A stretch of DNA of 64,000 bases, from positions 108,048-172,047 of the forward strand of contig CAWEJO010000007.1 of NCBI GenBank assembly GCA_963809375.1, in the 5' to 3' direction. Under the pieces are notes generated by a model. The model saw nothing but the letters and a program-made list of their open reading frames with translations. It did not search any database and was not told where the DNA came from. Positions 7,983 to 18,618 of this stretch are shown piece by piece (the first letter of the stretch is position 1; each line of letters starts with the position of its first letter). The translations under genes were made by a program, and so were the position numbers. This DNA is from an uncultured Chloroflexia bacterium (GTDB lineage Bacteria; Chloroflexota; Limnocylindria; Limnocylindrales; CSP1-4).

Positions 7983-10818
7983 GAGCGCCGACGTCCCCAC
8001 CCTCGCCCCGGACAGCGTCGAGGTCGCATTTCCGGTCGTCGGAATGACCTGTGCCTCGTGCAGCAACCGGATCGAGCGCTTCCTGCGCAGGACCGACGGC
8101 GTCGTCGAAGCCAACGTCAACCTCGCCACCGAGGTCGCCACGATCCGGTTCCTGCCCGGGCAGGTCGCCCCCGGCGATCTCGCCGGTGCCATCGAGCGGG
8201 CCGGGTACGAGGTCCGTCCGGGCGCGCTCGCGGCCGTGAACGCCCTGGTCACCGGCCGCGCCGCGACGGGCACGACCCCGGCAGCCGCCGTCGCGACGGC
8301 CGGCGACGCGCTTGCGATCGACCTCGACGAGACCGACAGCGAGCGCGCCCGCGAGGCGCGCGAGACGGCGATCCAGGCGGCCGTCTCGATCGGGGTCGCG
8401 ATCGGGATCATGGTCCTGATGTTCTGGCCGGGCATCCCGCTCTCGATGGCCGACATCAACCGGCTCGTCCTGTTGCCCGCCACCTTCGTCCAGTTCTGGG
8501 CCGGCCGGCGCTTCTACGAGGCCGCCTGGCGCGCCTTCCGCCACGGCTTCGGGACCAACATGAGCACCCTCGTCGTCGTCGGCACGACCGCCGCGTGGGC
8601 CTACAGCGTGTTCGTGACGATGTACCCGGAGGCCATCATGCGGGCCGGGCTCTCGGGCGAGGCTTATTTCGACTCCTCGACGATCATCATCGGCCTCGTC
8701 CTTCTCGGGAGGTGGCTCGAGGCGCGCGCGCGGGGCCGGACCACAGGAGCGATCCGACGCCTCGTCGGGCTCCAGGCGAAGACGGCTCGCCTTGTCGGCG
8801 GCGCGGGCGAGGGCAGCGGCGCGGGCGATCTCGACGTCCCCGTGGAGACCGTCCAGGTCGGCGACCTTCTGCGGGTCCGGCCCGGCGAGAAGGTGCCCGT
8901 CGACGGCGTCATCACCGACGGCGGCTCGGCTGTCGACGAGGCCATGCTCACGGGCGAGGCGATGCCCGTCACGAAGGGTCCGGGCGACGAGGTGATCGGA
9001 GCGACCCTCAACACGACCGGCAGCTTCGTGATGCGAGCGACCCGCGTCGGGCGGGAGACCGCCCTCGCCAGGATCGTCGAGATGGTGCAGCGCGCGCAGG
9101 GCAGCAAGGCCCCGATCCAGCGCCTCGCAGACCGGATCAGCGGGATCTTCGTGCCGATCGTGCTCGGACTCGGGGCCCTGACGTTCGCGCTCTGGTGGCT
9201 GCTCGGACCCGAGCCCCGGATCACGCTCGCCCTGGCGGCGTTCATCACGGTCGTGGTCGTCGCCTGCCCGTGCGCGATGGGTCTGGCCACGCCCACCGCG
9301 ATCATGGTCGGAACCGGCCGGGGCGCCGAGGCCGGCGTGCTGTTCCGCGGCGGCGAGGCGCTCGAGCAGGCGCACCGCGTCAGCCTGGTCATCTTCGACA
9401 AGACGGGCACCCTGACCCGCGGGACGCCCGCCGTCGCCAAGGTCATCCCCGTCGCCGGTGGACCGGCGCCGACCGATACGGCCCTCCTCCGGCTGGCCGC
9501 CGCGGTCGAAGCGGGCTCCGAGCACCCGATCGCCACGGCGATCCTGGCGGCCGCGCGTGACGAGGGCCTGGCCTTCCCGGGCGGAGCCGGCTTCAGCGCG
9601 ACGGCAGGGGGCGGCGCCGCAGCGATCGTGGGTGGCCGGAGCGTGCTGGTGGGCAGCGGACGCTTCCTCGCCGAGCGCGGCGTCGAGGCGGGGGCGCTCG
9701 CGCTTCTCGTCGCGAGCGGCGACGCCCAGGCCGCTCGCAGCCGCACGCCGGTCCTGGTGGCGGTGGATGGCGTGCCCGCCGGCCTGATCGCGATCGCCGA
9801 CCCCCTCAAGGCCGAATTGGCGGAGGCGGTCCGGGCCCTCGGCGCCCAGGGCATCGACGTGTGGCTCGTCACCGGCGACCACCGGGCCACCGCACTCGCA
9901 GTCGCGACGGCCGTCGGTATCCCTCCCGAGCGGGTCCGGGCGAACATGCTGCCAGGCGACAAGGTGGCGTTCGTGGAGGAGCGACGCGCTGCCGGCGCGG
10001 TCGTCGGGATGGTCGGCGACGGCATCAACGACGCGCCAGCCCTCGCCGCCTCCGATCTCGGCGTGGCGATCGGGACAGGCGCGGACGTCGCGATCGAGGC
10101 ATCCGATGTCACGCTCGTCGGCGGCGATCCTCGCGGCGTGGTGGCTGCGCTGGCCCTCTCGCGGCGCACCCTCGCGGTGATCCGCCAGAACCTGTTCTGG
10201 GCGTTCGCCTACAACGCCTTCCTGATCCCGGTCGCGATGGGGGTCCTCTACCCGGCGTTCGGCATCACGATCAACCCGGCGATGGCGGCCGGCGCCATGG
10301 CGCTCAGCTCGGTCTCGGTCATCTCGAACTCACTCCGCCTCCGGGCCGTGGATCCGCGGCCGTCGGCGATCCTCGCCGACGCCGCGCATGCCCGCCGGGC
10401 GCGCACGCGCGACGCCGCCTACCTCGCGGTGCTGGCCGTCGCGGCCTTCGCGGTCGCGGCCGGCGTGATCGGCGCTGACCGGTGGCTCGACGCCAGCGCG
10501 CGCCGGATCGACGTCGTCGCGACCGCGCTCGGGGCCGGGCCGCAGGTCGTGGTCGTCGCGCCGCGCGAGGACGTGCTCGTGGCGCTGCGCAACGACGGCA
10601 TCGGGGTCCGCGCGTGCTGGGTCCCGGGTGTGCCACGGGTCGAGCTGAACGCGCGGCCGGGCACGACGCAGAGCGCCCGCTTCGCGATTCCCCAGGCCGG
10701 ACGCTACACGCTCACCTGCGCGACGCCCGACACGGAAGGCCCGGGCCCGACCGGCGGGCCGGCGGGTGGCCCGGCGATGCCGTCGGGGATCGAAGCCGTC
10801 GTCTTCGACGTTCGCTGA
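7981..10818 (+). CDS. copA: Copper-translocating P1B-type ATPase with a C-terminal extra TM and cupredoxin-like extension
   Basis: ATG at 7981 (an in-frame GTG at 7948 is possible). N-terminal GMTCASC metal-binding domain, CPC motif ([13 protein letters not shown]), DKTGTLT phosphorylation site, GDGINDAP hinge. About 155 aa follow the usual last TM helix. Confidence 0.9.
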   Translation: MSADVPTLAPDSVEVAFPVVGMTCASCSNRIERFLRRTDGVVEANVNLATEVATIRFLPGQVAPGDLAGAIERAGYEVRPGALAAVNALVTGRAATGTTPAAAVATAGDALAIDLDETDSERAREARETAIQAAVSIGVAIGIMVLMFWPGIPLSMADINRLVLLPATFVQFWAGRRFYEAAWRAFRHGFGTNMSTLVVVGTTAAWAYSVFVTMYPEAIMRAGLSGEAYFDSSTIIIGLVLLGRWLEARARGRTTGAIRRLVGLQAKTARLVGGAGEGSGAGDLDVPVETVQVGDLLRVRPGEKVPVDGVITDGGSAVDEAMLTGEAMPVTKGPGDEVIGATLNTTGSFVMRATRVGRETALARIVEMVQRAQGSKAPIQRLADRISGIFVPIVLGLGALTFALWWLLGPEPRITLALAAFITVVVVACPCAMGLATPTAIMVGTGRGAEAGVLFRGGEALEQAHRVSLVIFDKTGTLTRGTPAVAKVIPVAGGPAPTDTALLRLAAAVEAGSEHPIATAILAAARDEGLAFPGGAGFSATAGGGAAAIVGGRSVLVGSGRFLAERGVEAGALALLVASGDAQAARSRTPVLVAVDGVPAGLIAIADPLKAELAEAVRALGAQGIDVWLVTGDHRATALAVATAVGIPPERVRANMLPGDKVAFVEERRAAGAVVGMVGDGINDAPALAASDLGVAIGTGADVAIEASDVTLVGGDPRGVVAALALSRRTLAVIRQNLFWAFAYNAFLIPVAMGVLYPAFGITINPAMAAGAMALSSVSVISNSLRLRAVDPRPSAILADAAHARRARTRDAAYLAVLAVAAFAVAAGVIGADRWLDASARRIDVVATALGAGPQVVVVAPREDVLVALRNDGIGVRACWVPGVPRVELNARPGTTQSARFAIPQAGRYTLTCATPDTEGPGPTGGPAGGPAMPSGIEAVVFDVR

Positions 10819-10880
10819 CCGCTCGATCCCGCATCCCGGGTTCGACCGGGGCGCGGTCGGCAGGGCGCGACGCCGGTCCG

Positions 10881-12635
10881 TCAGGGGACCGCCGGGTGGA
10901 GGTCCCCGTCGGCCCAGACCTGGTACAGCGCGGCGATGTCGTTGTCGCTCCGATAGGCCCGCGCGAGGATCGGCCCCCGGTCGACGGTCCAGGCGATGCG
11001 CGCGCGCTGGTTCGAGTCGGTCCAGCAGGCCATCGTGCCGAGGATCTCGCCGCCGATCCCCAGGAACCCCGAGGTGCCCCAGCGGCCCTTGGCCGTCGAG
11101 CCCTGGGCGCAGGCCTGGGGATCCCGCGAGAACGCCCGGGTGGACGTCAGCCTCGCGAACGCCGCGTCGAGCGCGCTGCCCGTGGCGTACAGCGTGTAGC
11201 GGACCTCCACGACGCCCTCGCTCGGGCACGCCAACACTGCGCGCTCCGAGCCTGACAGCCCGAAAACCGTGCAGCGCGAGCGCAGGCGCGGCGGGATCGC
11301 CTGGCGGAGGCGCGCCACGTCCGCGGGGTCGCCGAGCCGCGGCGTCGGGCTCGGTGTCGGCGTTGGCCGGGGGGTGGGACGGGGCGTTGGCCGGGGGGTC
11401 GGCGTCGGCGTGGGCGGCGGAGTCGGCGAGGCCGCGGGCGGCGGACTCGTTGGCGCGGTCGTCGGAATGCCCGCCACCTGCCCGGGGTGCAGCGACGGCG
11501 TCGGCCCGACGGCACCCAGTGCGACGAGCCCCAGCCCCAAGCCGAGGACGCCGGCGGCGGCGACCAGGACGAGAAGCGAGGCGGGCCCCACGAGGCGCCG
11601 GACGCCGCTTCGCCGCGCGATGCGCCGGTCGCCGCGAGCTCCCGGGCGACCGGGCGCCGGTGCCGCCAGGGTCGCCGTCGGCCCGGTCCGCCGCGTCGCG
11701 AACCCCGCGGCGGCGCCCCCGCCGGGCGCGGCGTTCTCGTCGATGCCCTCGTCCGCGCCGGGGCCGGCGGCCAGCGCCATGCCGGCCGTCCCGATCAGCT
11801 CCGCCGCGGTCGCGAATCGCTCGGCGGGGTCCTTGGCCATCGCGCGCGCGATGACCGCATCGAGCGCGGCGGGCAGCTCCGGGCGTCGCTGGCGCAGGCT
11901 CGGCGGGGGCGCGTGAACGTGGGCCCACAGGGCCGCCTCGTACGTGTCACGGGGAAACGGCGGCTGCCCGGTCAGCGCGGCGACCATCACGCAGCCGAGG
12001 GCATAGATGTCGATCCGGCCGGCCAGCGCGGCGTCGGGCGGCCCGGGCGCCGGGTCCGCCGCACCCGGGAGCCCGGAGAACTGCTCGGGCGCCATGTAGG
12101 CCGGAGTCCCGAGCGGACCGCCGACCTGGGTGAGCTCCCCCTGGCTCGCCGCGCGCTTGGTCAGCCCGAAGTCGGTCAGGTACGGGACGCCGCGCCCGTC
12201 GAGGCGGATGTTCGCGGGGGTGACGTCCCGGTGGACGATGCCGCGTCGGTGTGCGTCGTCGAGTGCGTCGGCGATCGGCCCAAGGAGCAGCATCGCCTGG
12301 CGTGGCTCGAGCGGGCCGCCCGTCCGCAGCATCTCCGCGAGGTCGGGGCCGTCGAGGTAGCGCATGGCGAGGTAGAGCTGGCCCTCCCACTCGCCGGCGG
12401 CGTAGATCGGCACGACGTGGGGGTGCTCGAGCGACGCCAGCGCGTCCACTTCGCGCAGGAACCGCTCGCGATAGGCGGGATCGGCCGCCAGGTGCGGCGC
12501 GAGGAGCTTGAGGGCGACGCGTCGGCGCGGCCGGACCTGCGTGGCGAGGTAGACGACGCCCATGCCGCCGCGGGCGAGGACCGCGTCGAGCTGGTAGCCC
12601 GCGAAGGTCGAGCCGGCGGGCAGCGGCGTGATCAT
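10881..12635 (-). CDS. Membrane-anchored Ser/Thr protein kinase with an extracytoplasmic C-terminal domain
   Basis: Hanks kinase motifs GGMGVVYLA, VALKLL, HRDVTPANI, DFGLTK and APEQ. These are followed by a TM helix, a Pro/Thr-rich linker and a Cys-containing C-terminal domain. The start overlaps the PP2C stop (ATGA). Confidence 0.9.
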   Translation of the reverse strand: MITPLPAGSTFAGYQLDAVLARGGMGVVYLATQVRPRRRVALKLLAPHLAADPAYRERFLREVDALASLEHPHVVPIYAAGEWEGQLYLAMRYLDGPDLAEMLRTGGPLEPRQAMLLLGPIADALDDAHRRGIVHRDVTPANIRLDGRGVPYLTDFGLTKRAASQGELTQVGGPLGTPAYMAPEQFSGLPGAADPAPGPPDAALAGRIDIYALGCVMVAALTGQPPFPRDTYEAALWAHVHAPPPSLRQRRPELPAALDAVIARAMAKDPAERFATAAELIGTAGMALAAGPGADEGIDENAAPGGGAAAGFATRRTGPTATLAAPAPGRPGARGDRRIARRSGVRRLVGPASLLVLVAAAGVLGLGLGLVALGAVGPTPSLHPGQVAGIPTTAPTSPPPAASPTPPPTPTPTPRPTPRPTPRPTPTPSPTPRLGDPADVARLRQAIPPRLRSRCTVFGLSGSERAVLACPSEGVVEVRYTLYATGSALDAAFARLTSTRAFSRDPQACAQGSTAKGRWGTSGFLGIGGEILGTMACWTDSNQRARIAWTVDRGPILARAYRSDNDIAALYQVWADGDLHPAVP

Positions 12636-13741
12636 GGCAGCGAGGAGTGCCCACCCGGTGGTGGCGATTCCGGAGCCGTCTGCGGCGCGGCCGATTCGGC
12701 GGACGACGATCCTGCCGGCGTCGCCTCGGGTGACCGCGGCGCCCCACCGGGCGACGCCAGCTGCGCACCCGCCGGGGTGAGCAGGTCCGGCGTCGACGAC
12801 GCCGTGCTCTGCACCGGCGTCGCACCGCGAGCCGCCAGGAGCCCGAGTCCGACGAGTCCGCCGCCCGCGACCACGAGGCCCGCGATGGCGAGCGCGCCGG
12901 TTGACCTCGCGCGGCGGCGCCGCGACGGGCCCGGTCGGCCGGCTGTTGCCGGGGCGGCCGCCGGCTGGTCCTGGCGCGGAAGGCCGTCGGGGTCGACGAC
13001 GATGACGGTCACGTTGTCGGGTGCCCCGAGGTCGAGCGTCCGGGCGACAAGGCCGTCGGCAGCCTCCGACGGCGTCCCGTTCGCGAGCAGCGTCGCCATG
13101 TCGTGCTCGGCGACCACGCCGGAGAGCCCGTCCGAGCAGAGGAGCAGCCGGTCGCCGGCGCGCAGCGGGATCTCCCGCAGGTCGGGACGCGGCTCGTCGT
13201 CCGCGCCAAGCGCGCGGAGCACGATGTGGCGCCGCGGGTCCCGCTCGGCATCCTCCTCGCGCAGCGACCCTTCACGGACCAGGGCCGCGACCAGCGAGTG
13301 GTCCTCGGTCAACCGCTCGAGCCGGCCCGCCCGAAGCAGGTACGCCCGCGAGTCCCCGATGTGGGCGACATGGGTCACGTCCTGGCCGATGAGCATCGCG
13401 ACGCATGTCGTGCCCATGCCCCGGCGCGGCGGGTTGCGCTGGGCGTCCGCGACGATGACCGCGTGGGCGTCCTGCAGCGCGCGAACCAGGTCGGCGCCGC
13501 TCTCGATGCGCCCGGCCTCGAGGGCGCCCCGCAGCTCGTCAACGGCGTGGGCCGACGCCACCTCGCCCGCCCGGTGGCCACCCATTCCGTCGGCGACGAC
13601 GAACAGGGGTGCTCGCAGCAGGTAGGCGTCCTCGTTGTGGTCGCGGATCCGCCCGACGTGGGTCCGACCGGCGGCACCCCCCGAGCTCGCGAGCGTGCGT
13701 CCCGGGCCGGGGCTGCCGCGATTGATGCCAGCGTCGTCCAT
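12632..13741 (-). CDS. PP2C-family Ser/Thr protein phosphatase, C-terminally membrane-anchored
   Basis: Start MDDAGINR (ATG at 13741). Motifs RDHNEDAY, VADGMGGHRAGEVAS, LLCSDGL and DNVTVIVV, with a C-terminal hydrophobic helix ALAIAGLVVAGGGLVGLGLL. The 1043-aa track ORF is an artefactual upstream extension. Confidence 0.9.
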   Translation of the reverse strand: MDDAGINRGSPGPGRTLASSGGAAGRTHVGRIRDHNEDAYLLRAPLFVVADGMGGHRAGEVASAHAVDELRGALEAGRIESGADLVRALQDAHAVIVADAQRNPPRRGMGTTCVAMLIGQDVTHVAHIGDSRAYLLRAGRLERLTEDHSLVAALVREGSLREEDAERDPRRHIVLRALGADDEPRPDLREIPLRAGDRLLLCSDGLSGVVAEHDMATLLANGTPSEAADGLVARTLDLGAPDNVTVIVVDPDGLPRQDQPAAAPATAGRPGPSRRRRARSTGALAIAGLVVAGGGLVGLGLLAARGATPVQSTASSTPDLLTPAGAQLASPGGAPRSPEATPAGSSSAESAAPQTAPESPPPGGHSSLP

Positions 13742-13797
13742 GGTGCGGTCCAGCGTACCCGAGGCTCGCCCTTTCGGAATGCAACGCCGCGCCGCGG

Positions 13798-14313
13798 TCA
13801 GGCGATGGCCGGCACGCCCACCAGGAGGACCCCGAGCGCGACGACGGCCGAGACGCCACCCGCGATGCGGCCGGCACGGCGCCCGAAGCCGAAGCGGCTG
13901 AACAGCTGGCTGGCGGCCAGCCCGATCGTCGCCGCCGGCAACGCGAGCAGCGTCGCGAGGAGTCCGGACGGCAGCACGCGCACCCCGCCGCGCAGTGCGA
14001 TCCGGTCGCCCATGGCCGCCGTGAGGATCGTCACGAGGTCGGCCGCGACCACCACGGCCACGATGGCCCCGAGCACCGCCTCGCTCCGCGTCGCCGTCAG
14101 CGTCACCGGGTAGGTGACCGCGAAGACGCCGATGGCGAGCACCGGGAGCGCCATCGCGAGGGGCCCGTCGAGCCCGGTCGGGAGGGGTCGGATGCCGCTC
14201 GTGACGCCCGCCCCGCGGGGCTGGACGAACACGGTCAGCAGGGCGAGCACCGTCGCGAACAGGCCGGCCTCCAGGCCGCGACGCAACCAGGCGGGCAAGC
14301 TGGGCACGCGCAT
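13798..14313 (-). CDS. Hypothetical polytopic membrane protein
   Basis: 171-aa ORF with about 5 hydrophobic helices, on the same strand and just upstream of the PP2C/kinase pair. No family recognised. Confidence 0.5.
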   Translation of the reverse strand: MRVPSLPAWLRRGLEAGLFATVLALLTVFVQPRGAGVTSGIRPLPTGLDGPLAMALPVLAIGVFAVTYPVTLTATRSEAVLGAIVAVVVAADLVTILTAAMGDRIALRGGVRVLPSGLLATLLALPAATIGLAASQLFSRFGFGRRAGRIAGGVSAVVALGVLLVGVPAIA

Positions 14314-14412
14314 CGAAGAATCGTACAGCGGGTTCCCGGGTCACGGGTGCCCTGCCGGCACGGTCGGGGAGCGGCGCCGCGGCGGCCCGGTCGGGGAGCG
14401 GCGCCGCGCCCC

Positions 14413-15684
14413 CTACTCCGCGAAGCGACGGAAGATCGTGACCGCGTTCTGGCCCCCGAACCCGAACCCGTTGACCATCACGGTGTCGACCCTGGCGGGG
14501 CGCGCCACCTTCGGGACGTAGTCCAGGTCGCAGTCCGGGAGATCCGGGTTGTCGAGGTTTGCCGTGGGCGACAGCACCTGGTCGCGGATTCCGCCCAGGG
14601 CGGCGAGGGCGCTCGCGATGCCGGCGGCCCCGACGAGGTGCCCGATCATCGACTTCGGCGACGAGATCGCGCGTCCCGAAGCGGCCGGGCCGAACGACGC
14701 CTTGATGGCGCGCGATTCGGTCACGTCGTTGAGCGGCGTGGACGTCCCGTGGGCGACGATCCAGTCGATCTCGTCGGCGGCGACGCCGGCCTTGGCCCGG
14801 GCCAGCGTCATCGCACGCGACGCGCCGCGGCCCGTCGGCTCCGGGGCGGAGATGTGGAATGCATCGGCCGTCAGCGCGCCGCCGAGGATCTCGGCGATCG
14901 GAGTGGCGCCTCGCGCCTGGGCGTGGGCCAGCGATTCGACGATCACCACGCCGCCTCCCTCGCCCAGCACGAAGCCATCGCGGTCCTTGTCGAACGGGCG
15001 AGAGGCGTGCTCGGGGTCGTCGTTGCGCCTGGAGAGGGCACCCATGTTCCCGAGGGCGGCGATGCCGATCTCGAGGATCGGGGCTTCGCTGCCCCCCGCC
15101 AGCACGACGTCCGCGTCGCCGGTGGCGATCAGCCGGTACGCGTCGTGGAAGCAGATCACCGACGACGCGCAGGCTGCGACCTGGGTCAGCACGGGGCCGG
15201 TGAGCCCGTACCGCATGCTCAGCATGCAGGCGGCCATCGAGCCCGAGAGCGCAGGGATGGCAAATGGCGAGACGAACCGCGGCCCGCGCTGCTCGCGCAC
15301 GTGGGTCCCGTCGATCACCTGCTCCATGCCGCCGCCGCCCGTGTTGACGGCGACGCCGATGCGATCTGCCTCGTCCGGGCTGAGGTCGCTGAGGTCGAGC
15401 CCGGCGTTGGCGATGGCCTCCTGGCCGGCGGCCATCGCGAAATGGATGAAGCGGCTCATCCGGCGCGCCATCTTCGCGTCCATCGCGGCCGTCGGGTCGA
15501 AGCCTTTCACCTCGGCGGCGATCTTCACCTCGAACTCGGATGCGTCGAAGGCGCTGATCCGCCCGACCCCGGAGACGCCCGCGCGAAGGTTGCGCCAGTA
15601 CGTCTCGAAGTCGTTGCCGATCGGCATGACGGCGCCCATTCCGGTGATGACGGCGCGGCGGGCTGGATCCTGGCTGGGCGGCAC
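14413..15684 (-). CDS. fabF: 3-oxoacyl-ACP synthase II (KAS II), paralogue 2
   Basis: RRAVITGMGAVMPIGN N-terminus, active-site ACASS, HGTSTPLND and GHLVGAAG motifs. Start chosen at GTG 15684, preceded by AGGAG 8 nt upstream; the 15930 start is probably an extension. Confidence 0.85.
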   Translation of the reverse strand: MPPSQDPARRAVITGMGAVMPIGNDFETYWRNLRAGVSGVGRISAFDASEFEVKIAAEVKGFDPTAAMDAKMARRMSRFIHFAMAAGQEAIANAGLDLSDLSPDEADRIGVAVNTGGGGMEQVIDGTHVREQRGPRFVSPFAIPALSGSMAACMLSMRYGLTGPVLTQVAACASSVICFHDAYRLIATGDADVVLAGGSEAPILEIGIAALGNMGALSRRNDDPEHASRPFDKDRDGFVLGEGGGVVIVESLAHAQARGATPIAEILGGALTADAFHISAPEPTGRGASRAMTLARAKAGVAADEIDWIVAHGTSTPLNDVTESRAIKASFGPAASGRAISSPKSMIGHLVGAAGIASALAALGGIRDQVLSPTANLDNPDLPDCDLDYVPKVARPARVDTVMVNGFGFGGQNAVTIFRRFAE

Positions 15685-15841
15685 GGGCGAAGCTCCTGCG
15701 GTCTGGGAGGCGCGGTGGTGGCGGACGCGTGGCGTTCGAGATTGTACGGCGCGGCAGGGCCACGCCATTCGCCGCAGCGCTCCCGTGCGCGGGAGGTACG
15801 CTGGGCTCCTGGTCTCATGGCCGAGGGAGGTCCGTCGCCCG

Positions 15842-16168
15842 ATGTTCACGCCGCACGCTGCAGAGGGGTACGTTGTTGCCGCCCCTGGGGTCGAGCTCCG
15901 CACGCTGGCCCACGGCGAGAGAACCCTCATGGCGGAGTTCCGCCTGCACGCCGGCCACGTCCTGCCCGCCCACGTCCATCCCCATGAGCAGACCGGCTAT
16001 CTGGTGAGCGGCCGCGTCCGCCTGCGCATCGGGTCGGAGCAGCGCGAGCTGCTCCCCGGCGACAGCTGGTGCGTGCCCGGCGGCGTCGAGCACGCGGCCG
16101 AGCTCCTCGAGGATTCGGTGGCGGTCGAAGTCTGGTCGCCGGTGCGCGAGGACCTGTTGCCGCGCTGA
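15842..16168 (+). CDS. Cupin-domain protein
   Basis: ATG at 15842. Has the cupin metal motif LPAHVHPHEQTGYLVSG ... PGGVEHAAE. It sits antisense between the two fabF genes. Confidence 0.7.
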   Translation: MFTPHAAEGYVVAAPGVELRTLAHGERTLMAEFRLHAGHVLPAHVHPHEQTGYLVSGRVRLRIGSEQRELLPGDSWCVPGGVEHAAELLEDSVAVEVWSPVREDLLPR

Positions 16169-16204
16169 TGTGCGGCCACCTCGTGCCGTGCCGATGCGCG
16201 GGGC

Positions 16205-17464
16205 TCAGCCCTCGTAGCGCTTGAAGACGACGGCCCCGTTGTGCCCGCCGAGGCCCACGTTGTCCGAGATCGCGTAGCGGATCTCGCGGGGCGTCGTCGT
16301 GCGCGGGATGTTGAGGCGGATCTCCGGGTCCTCGTCGCGGTACGTCGGCACGCCCGGCACGCACTGGTTGTGCACGGCGAGGACCGTGAAGATCGCCTCG
16401 ACCGCGCCCGCCGCGCCCATCAGGTGGCCCGTCAGCGACTTCGTGGCCGAGATGGAGATGTCGTCCACGTGGTCACCGAAGACCGCGCGGAAGGCCTGCG
16501 CCTCGCGAAGGTCGCCGAGCGGCGTCGAGGTGCCGTGCGGGTTGATCATGTCGATCAGGTCGGGCTGCACGTCGTATCGCTCGAGTGAGGCGACCAGGGC
16601 CCGGCGCACCCCGTCGCCCTGCTCGACCGGCTGGATCAGGTCCCATGCGTCGGCGGCAGAGCCGAAGCCGACCACCTCGGCGTAGATCGTCGCTCCGCGC
16701 GCCTTGGCGTGCTCGAGGTCCTCGAGGATCATCGCCCCGGCTCCCTCGCCGAGGACGAACCCGTTCCGGCTGATGTCGAACGGCCGCGAGACCGTCTGGT
16801 CGGGCTCGCCCGGGCGGGGGGTGCCCATGCCACGCATGTTCGAGAAGCCGATGTGGATCAGCTCGTGGAGGGGCGTCTCGGTCGAGCCGGCCACCACGGC
16901 GATCACGTCGCCGCGCCGGATCAGCTCGGCCGCCTCGCCGATGTTGTGCGTTCCGGTCGAGCAGGCCGTGACGATGCACATGTTCGGTCCGCGGATCCCG
17001 GTCTCGATCGCGATCTGGCCCGACGCGGTGTCGGGCAGCATGTTGGCGATGAAGAACGGGCTGACCGCCCGAGCGCCCCTGGTCTCCCAGACCTGGACGT
17101 TGTCCATCATCAGCTTGGAGCCCCCGCCGCCAGAGCCGAAGTAGACGCCGATGTCGTCGCGGTTGGCGTCCGTCACCTCGAGGCCGGAATGCGCGAGCGC
17201 CTTCTTGGCCGCGGCGACGCCGAGAACGACGCCCTTGTCGGTGCGGCGGACCTCCTTGAAGTTCATCCAGGCGTTCGGATCGAAATCCGGGATCTCGCCG
17301 GCCACCTTGCAGTCGTAGGGCTCCGGGTCCCAGTACGTGATCCGCTTGAGACCGGAGATGCCGTGGACCAGGTTGTGCCACGCGGTGTCGAGGTCCGCGC
17401 CGATCGGGCTGACGAGGCCCATCCCGGTGATGGCGACGCGTCGAGTGAAGTCGGGTTTGCGCAC
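16205..17464 (-). CDS. fabF: 3-oxoacyl-ACP synthase II (KAS II), paralogue 1
   Basis: 419 aa with RRVAITGMGLVSPIG, active-site TACSTG, HGTSTPLGD and GHLMGAAG. It starts 31 nt downstream of the fabD stop. Confidence 0.9.
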   Translation of the reverse strand: MRKPDFTRRVAITGMGLVSPIGADLDTAWHNLVHGISGLKRITYWDPEPYDCKVAGEIPDFDPNAWMNFKEVRRTDKGVVLGVAAAKKALAHSGLEVTDANRDDIGVYFGSGGGGSKLMMDNVQVWETRGARAVSPFFIANMLPDTASGQIAIETGIRGPNMCIVTACSTGTHNIGEAAELIRRGDVIAVVAGSTETPLHELIHIGFSNMRGMGTPRPGEPDQTVSRPFDISRNGFVLGEGAGAMILEDLEHAKARGATIYAEVVGFGSAADAWDLIQPVEQGDGVRRALVASLERYDVQPDLIDMINPHGTSTPLGDLREAQAFRAVFGDHVDDISISATKSLTGHLMGAAGAVEAIFTVLAVHNQCVPGVPTYRDEDPEIRLNIPRTTTPREIRYAISDNVGLGGHNGAVVFKRYEG

Positions 17465-17495
17465 GGTGGAGCGTGAACCTCCGGGTCTGTGGGCG

Positions 17496-18482
17496 TCAGG
17501 ACGCAGATGGTGATCCGGCTATCGCCGGGTCGAGGTCGGGATCGGCGAGGCCGGCGGGCGCCGACGGATCGTCCAGGGCGAGCGCCTCGGCTTCGGGCGC
17601 GATGCGGCGGATGAGGCCGGTCAGGACCTTGCCGGGCCCGACCTCGACGAAGCGGGTCACGCCCGCGGCCGTCATGCATTGCACGGCGCCGATCCAGTCG
17701 ACGCCAGAGGTGAGGTGCTCGACGAGCTCGGATCGGCAGGCCTCGGCGGTGCGCAGCGGGCGCGCATCCCGGTTCGCGAGCAGGGGAGCGACGGGATCGT
17801 GGAAGTCCACGTCGGCGAGCACGCGAGCCATGCCGGCTGCCGCGTCCGCCATCAGCGGTGAATGGGCCGCGACGCTCACGGGCAGCACGATCGCGCGCTT
17901 CGCGCCGAGGTCCCTCGCGGCAGCGGCGGCTGCCTCCACGGCCTCGCGGACCCCCGACACGACCACCTGCCCCGGGGAGTTCCGGTTCGCGACTCCGAAG
18001 GTGCCATGCGCCCGCCCGGTCGCCACGAGCTCGTCGAGCCGCTCGTCAGGGAGGCCGATCAGGGCAGCCATCGCGCCGGGGTGACCCTCACCCGAGGCCT
18101 GCATCTGGCGGCCGCGCTCCCGCACGAGGCGCACCCCGTCGGCGAGCGAGATCGCGCCGGCCGCCACGAGCGCCGTGTACTGGCCCATCGAGTGGCCCGC
18201 GTAGAAGGCCGGCTCCAGCGCGGGAAGGCCTCTGGCAGCCCGCCGTTCCTCGAGCCCGCGCAGGAATGCGATCGACGCCGCGAGCAGCGCGGGCTGGGCG
18301 TTCGTGGTCAGGTCGAGGGTCTCGGCCGGGCCGTCCCAGGCAAGCGCGCTGAGCGCCTCGCCCAGCGCCGCGTCCGCCTCGCCGAAGACGGCAGCTGCGG
18401 CGGGCGACGCCTCGGCAAGCGAGCGACCCATCCCGACAGACTGCGATCCCTGGCCGGGGAAGACGAGCGCAAGCGTGATCAT
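17496..18482 (-). CDS. fabD: Malonyl-CoA:ACP transacylase
   Basis: Start MITLALVFPGQGSQ (ATG at 18482, with GAGGAGG just upstream). Active-site GHSMGQY, plus the NSPGQVVVSG motif. Confidence 0.9.
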   Translation of the reverse strand: MITLALVFPGQGSQSVGMGRSLAEASPAAAAVFGEADAALGEALSALAWDGPAETLDLTTNAQPALLAASIAFLRGLEERRAARGLPALEPAFYAGHSMGQYTALVAAGAISLADGVRLVRERGRQMQASGEGHPGAMAALIGLPDERLDELVATGRAHGTFGVANRNSPGQVVVSGVREAVEAAAAAARDLGAKRAIVLPVSVAAHSPLMADAAAGMARVLADVDFHDPVAPLLANRDARPLRTAEACRSELVEHLTSGVDWIGAVQCMTAAGVTRFVEVGPGKVLTGLIRRIAPEAEALALDDPSAPAGLADPDLDPAIAGSPSAS

Positions 18483-18618
18483 GGGCCTCCTCGTCGTGGC
18501 GCGACGACATCTGGGGTATCGAAGGTGGGGACGACGCAAGCGTACGCTGGCGCGGCCCGACCCCCGGCTGAACGTGTGCAAGGCTGCATCGATCGGCCCG
18601 CTGCGCTAGGCTCAGCGC

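Noticed and set aside
12632-15763. 1043-aa minus-strand ORF that would fuse the PP2C phosphatase to a huge N-terminal extension.
   Set aside because: Only the last 369 codons (from ATG 13741) look like PP2C. The upstream part is low-complexity and overlaps a membrane-protein gene and fabF, which lie in other frames.
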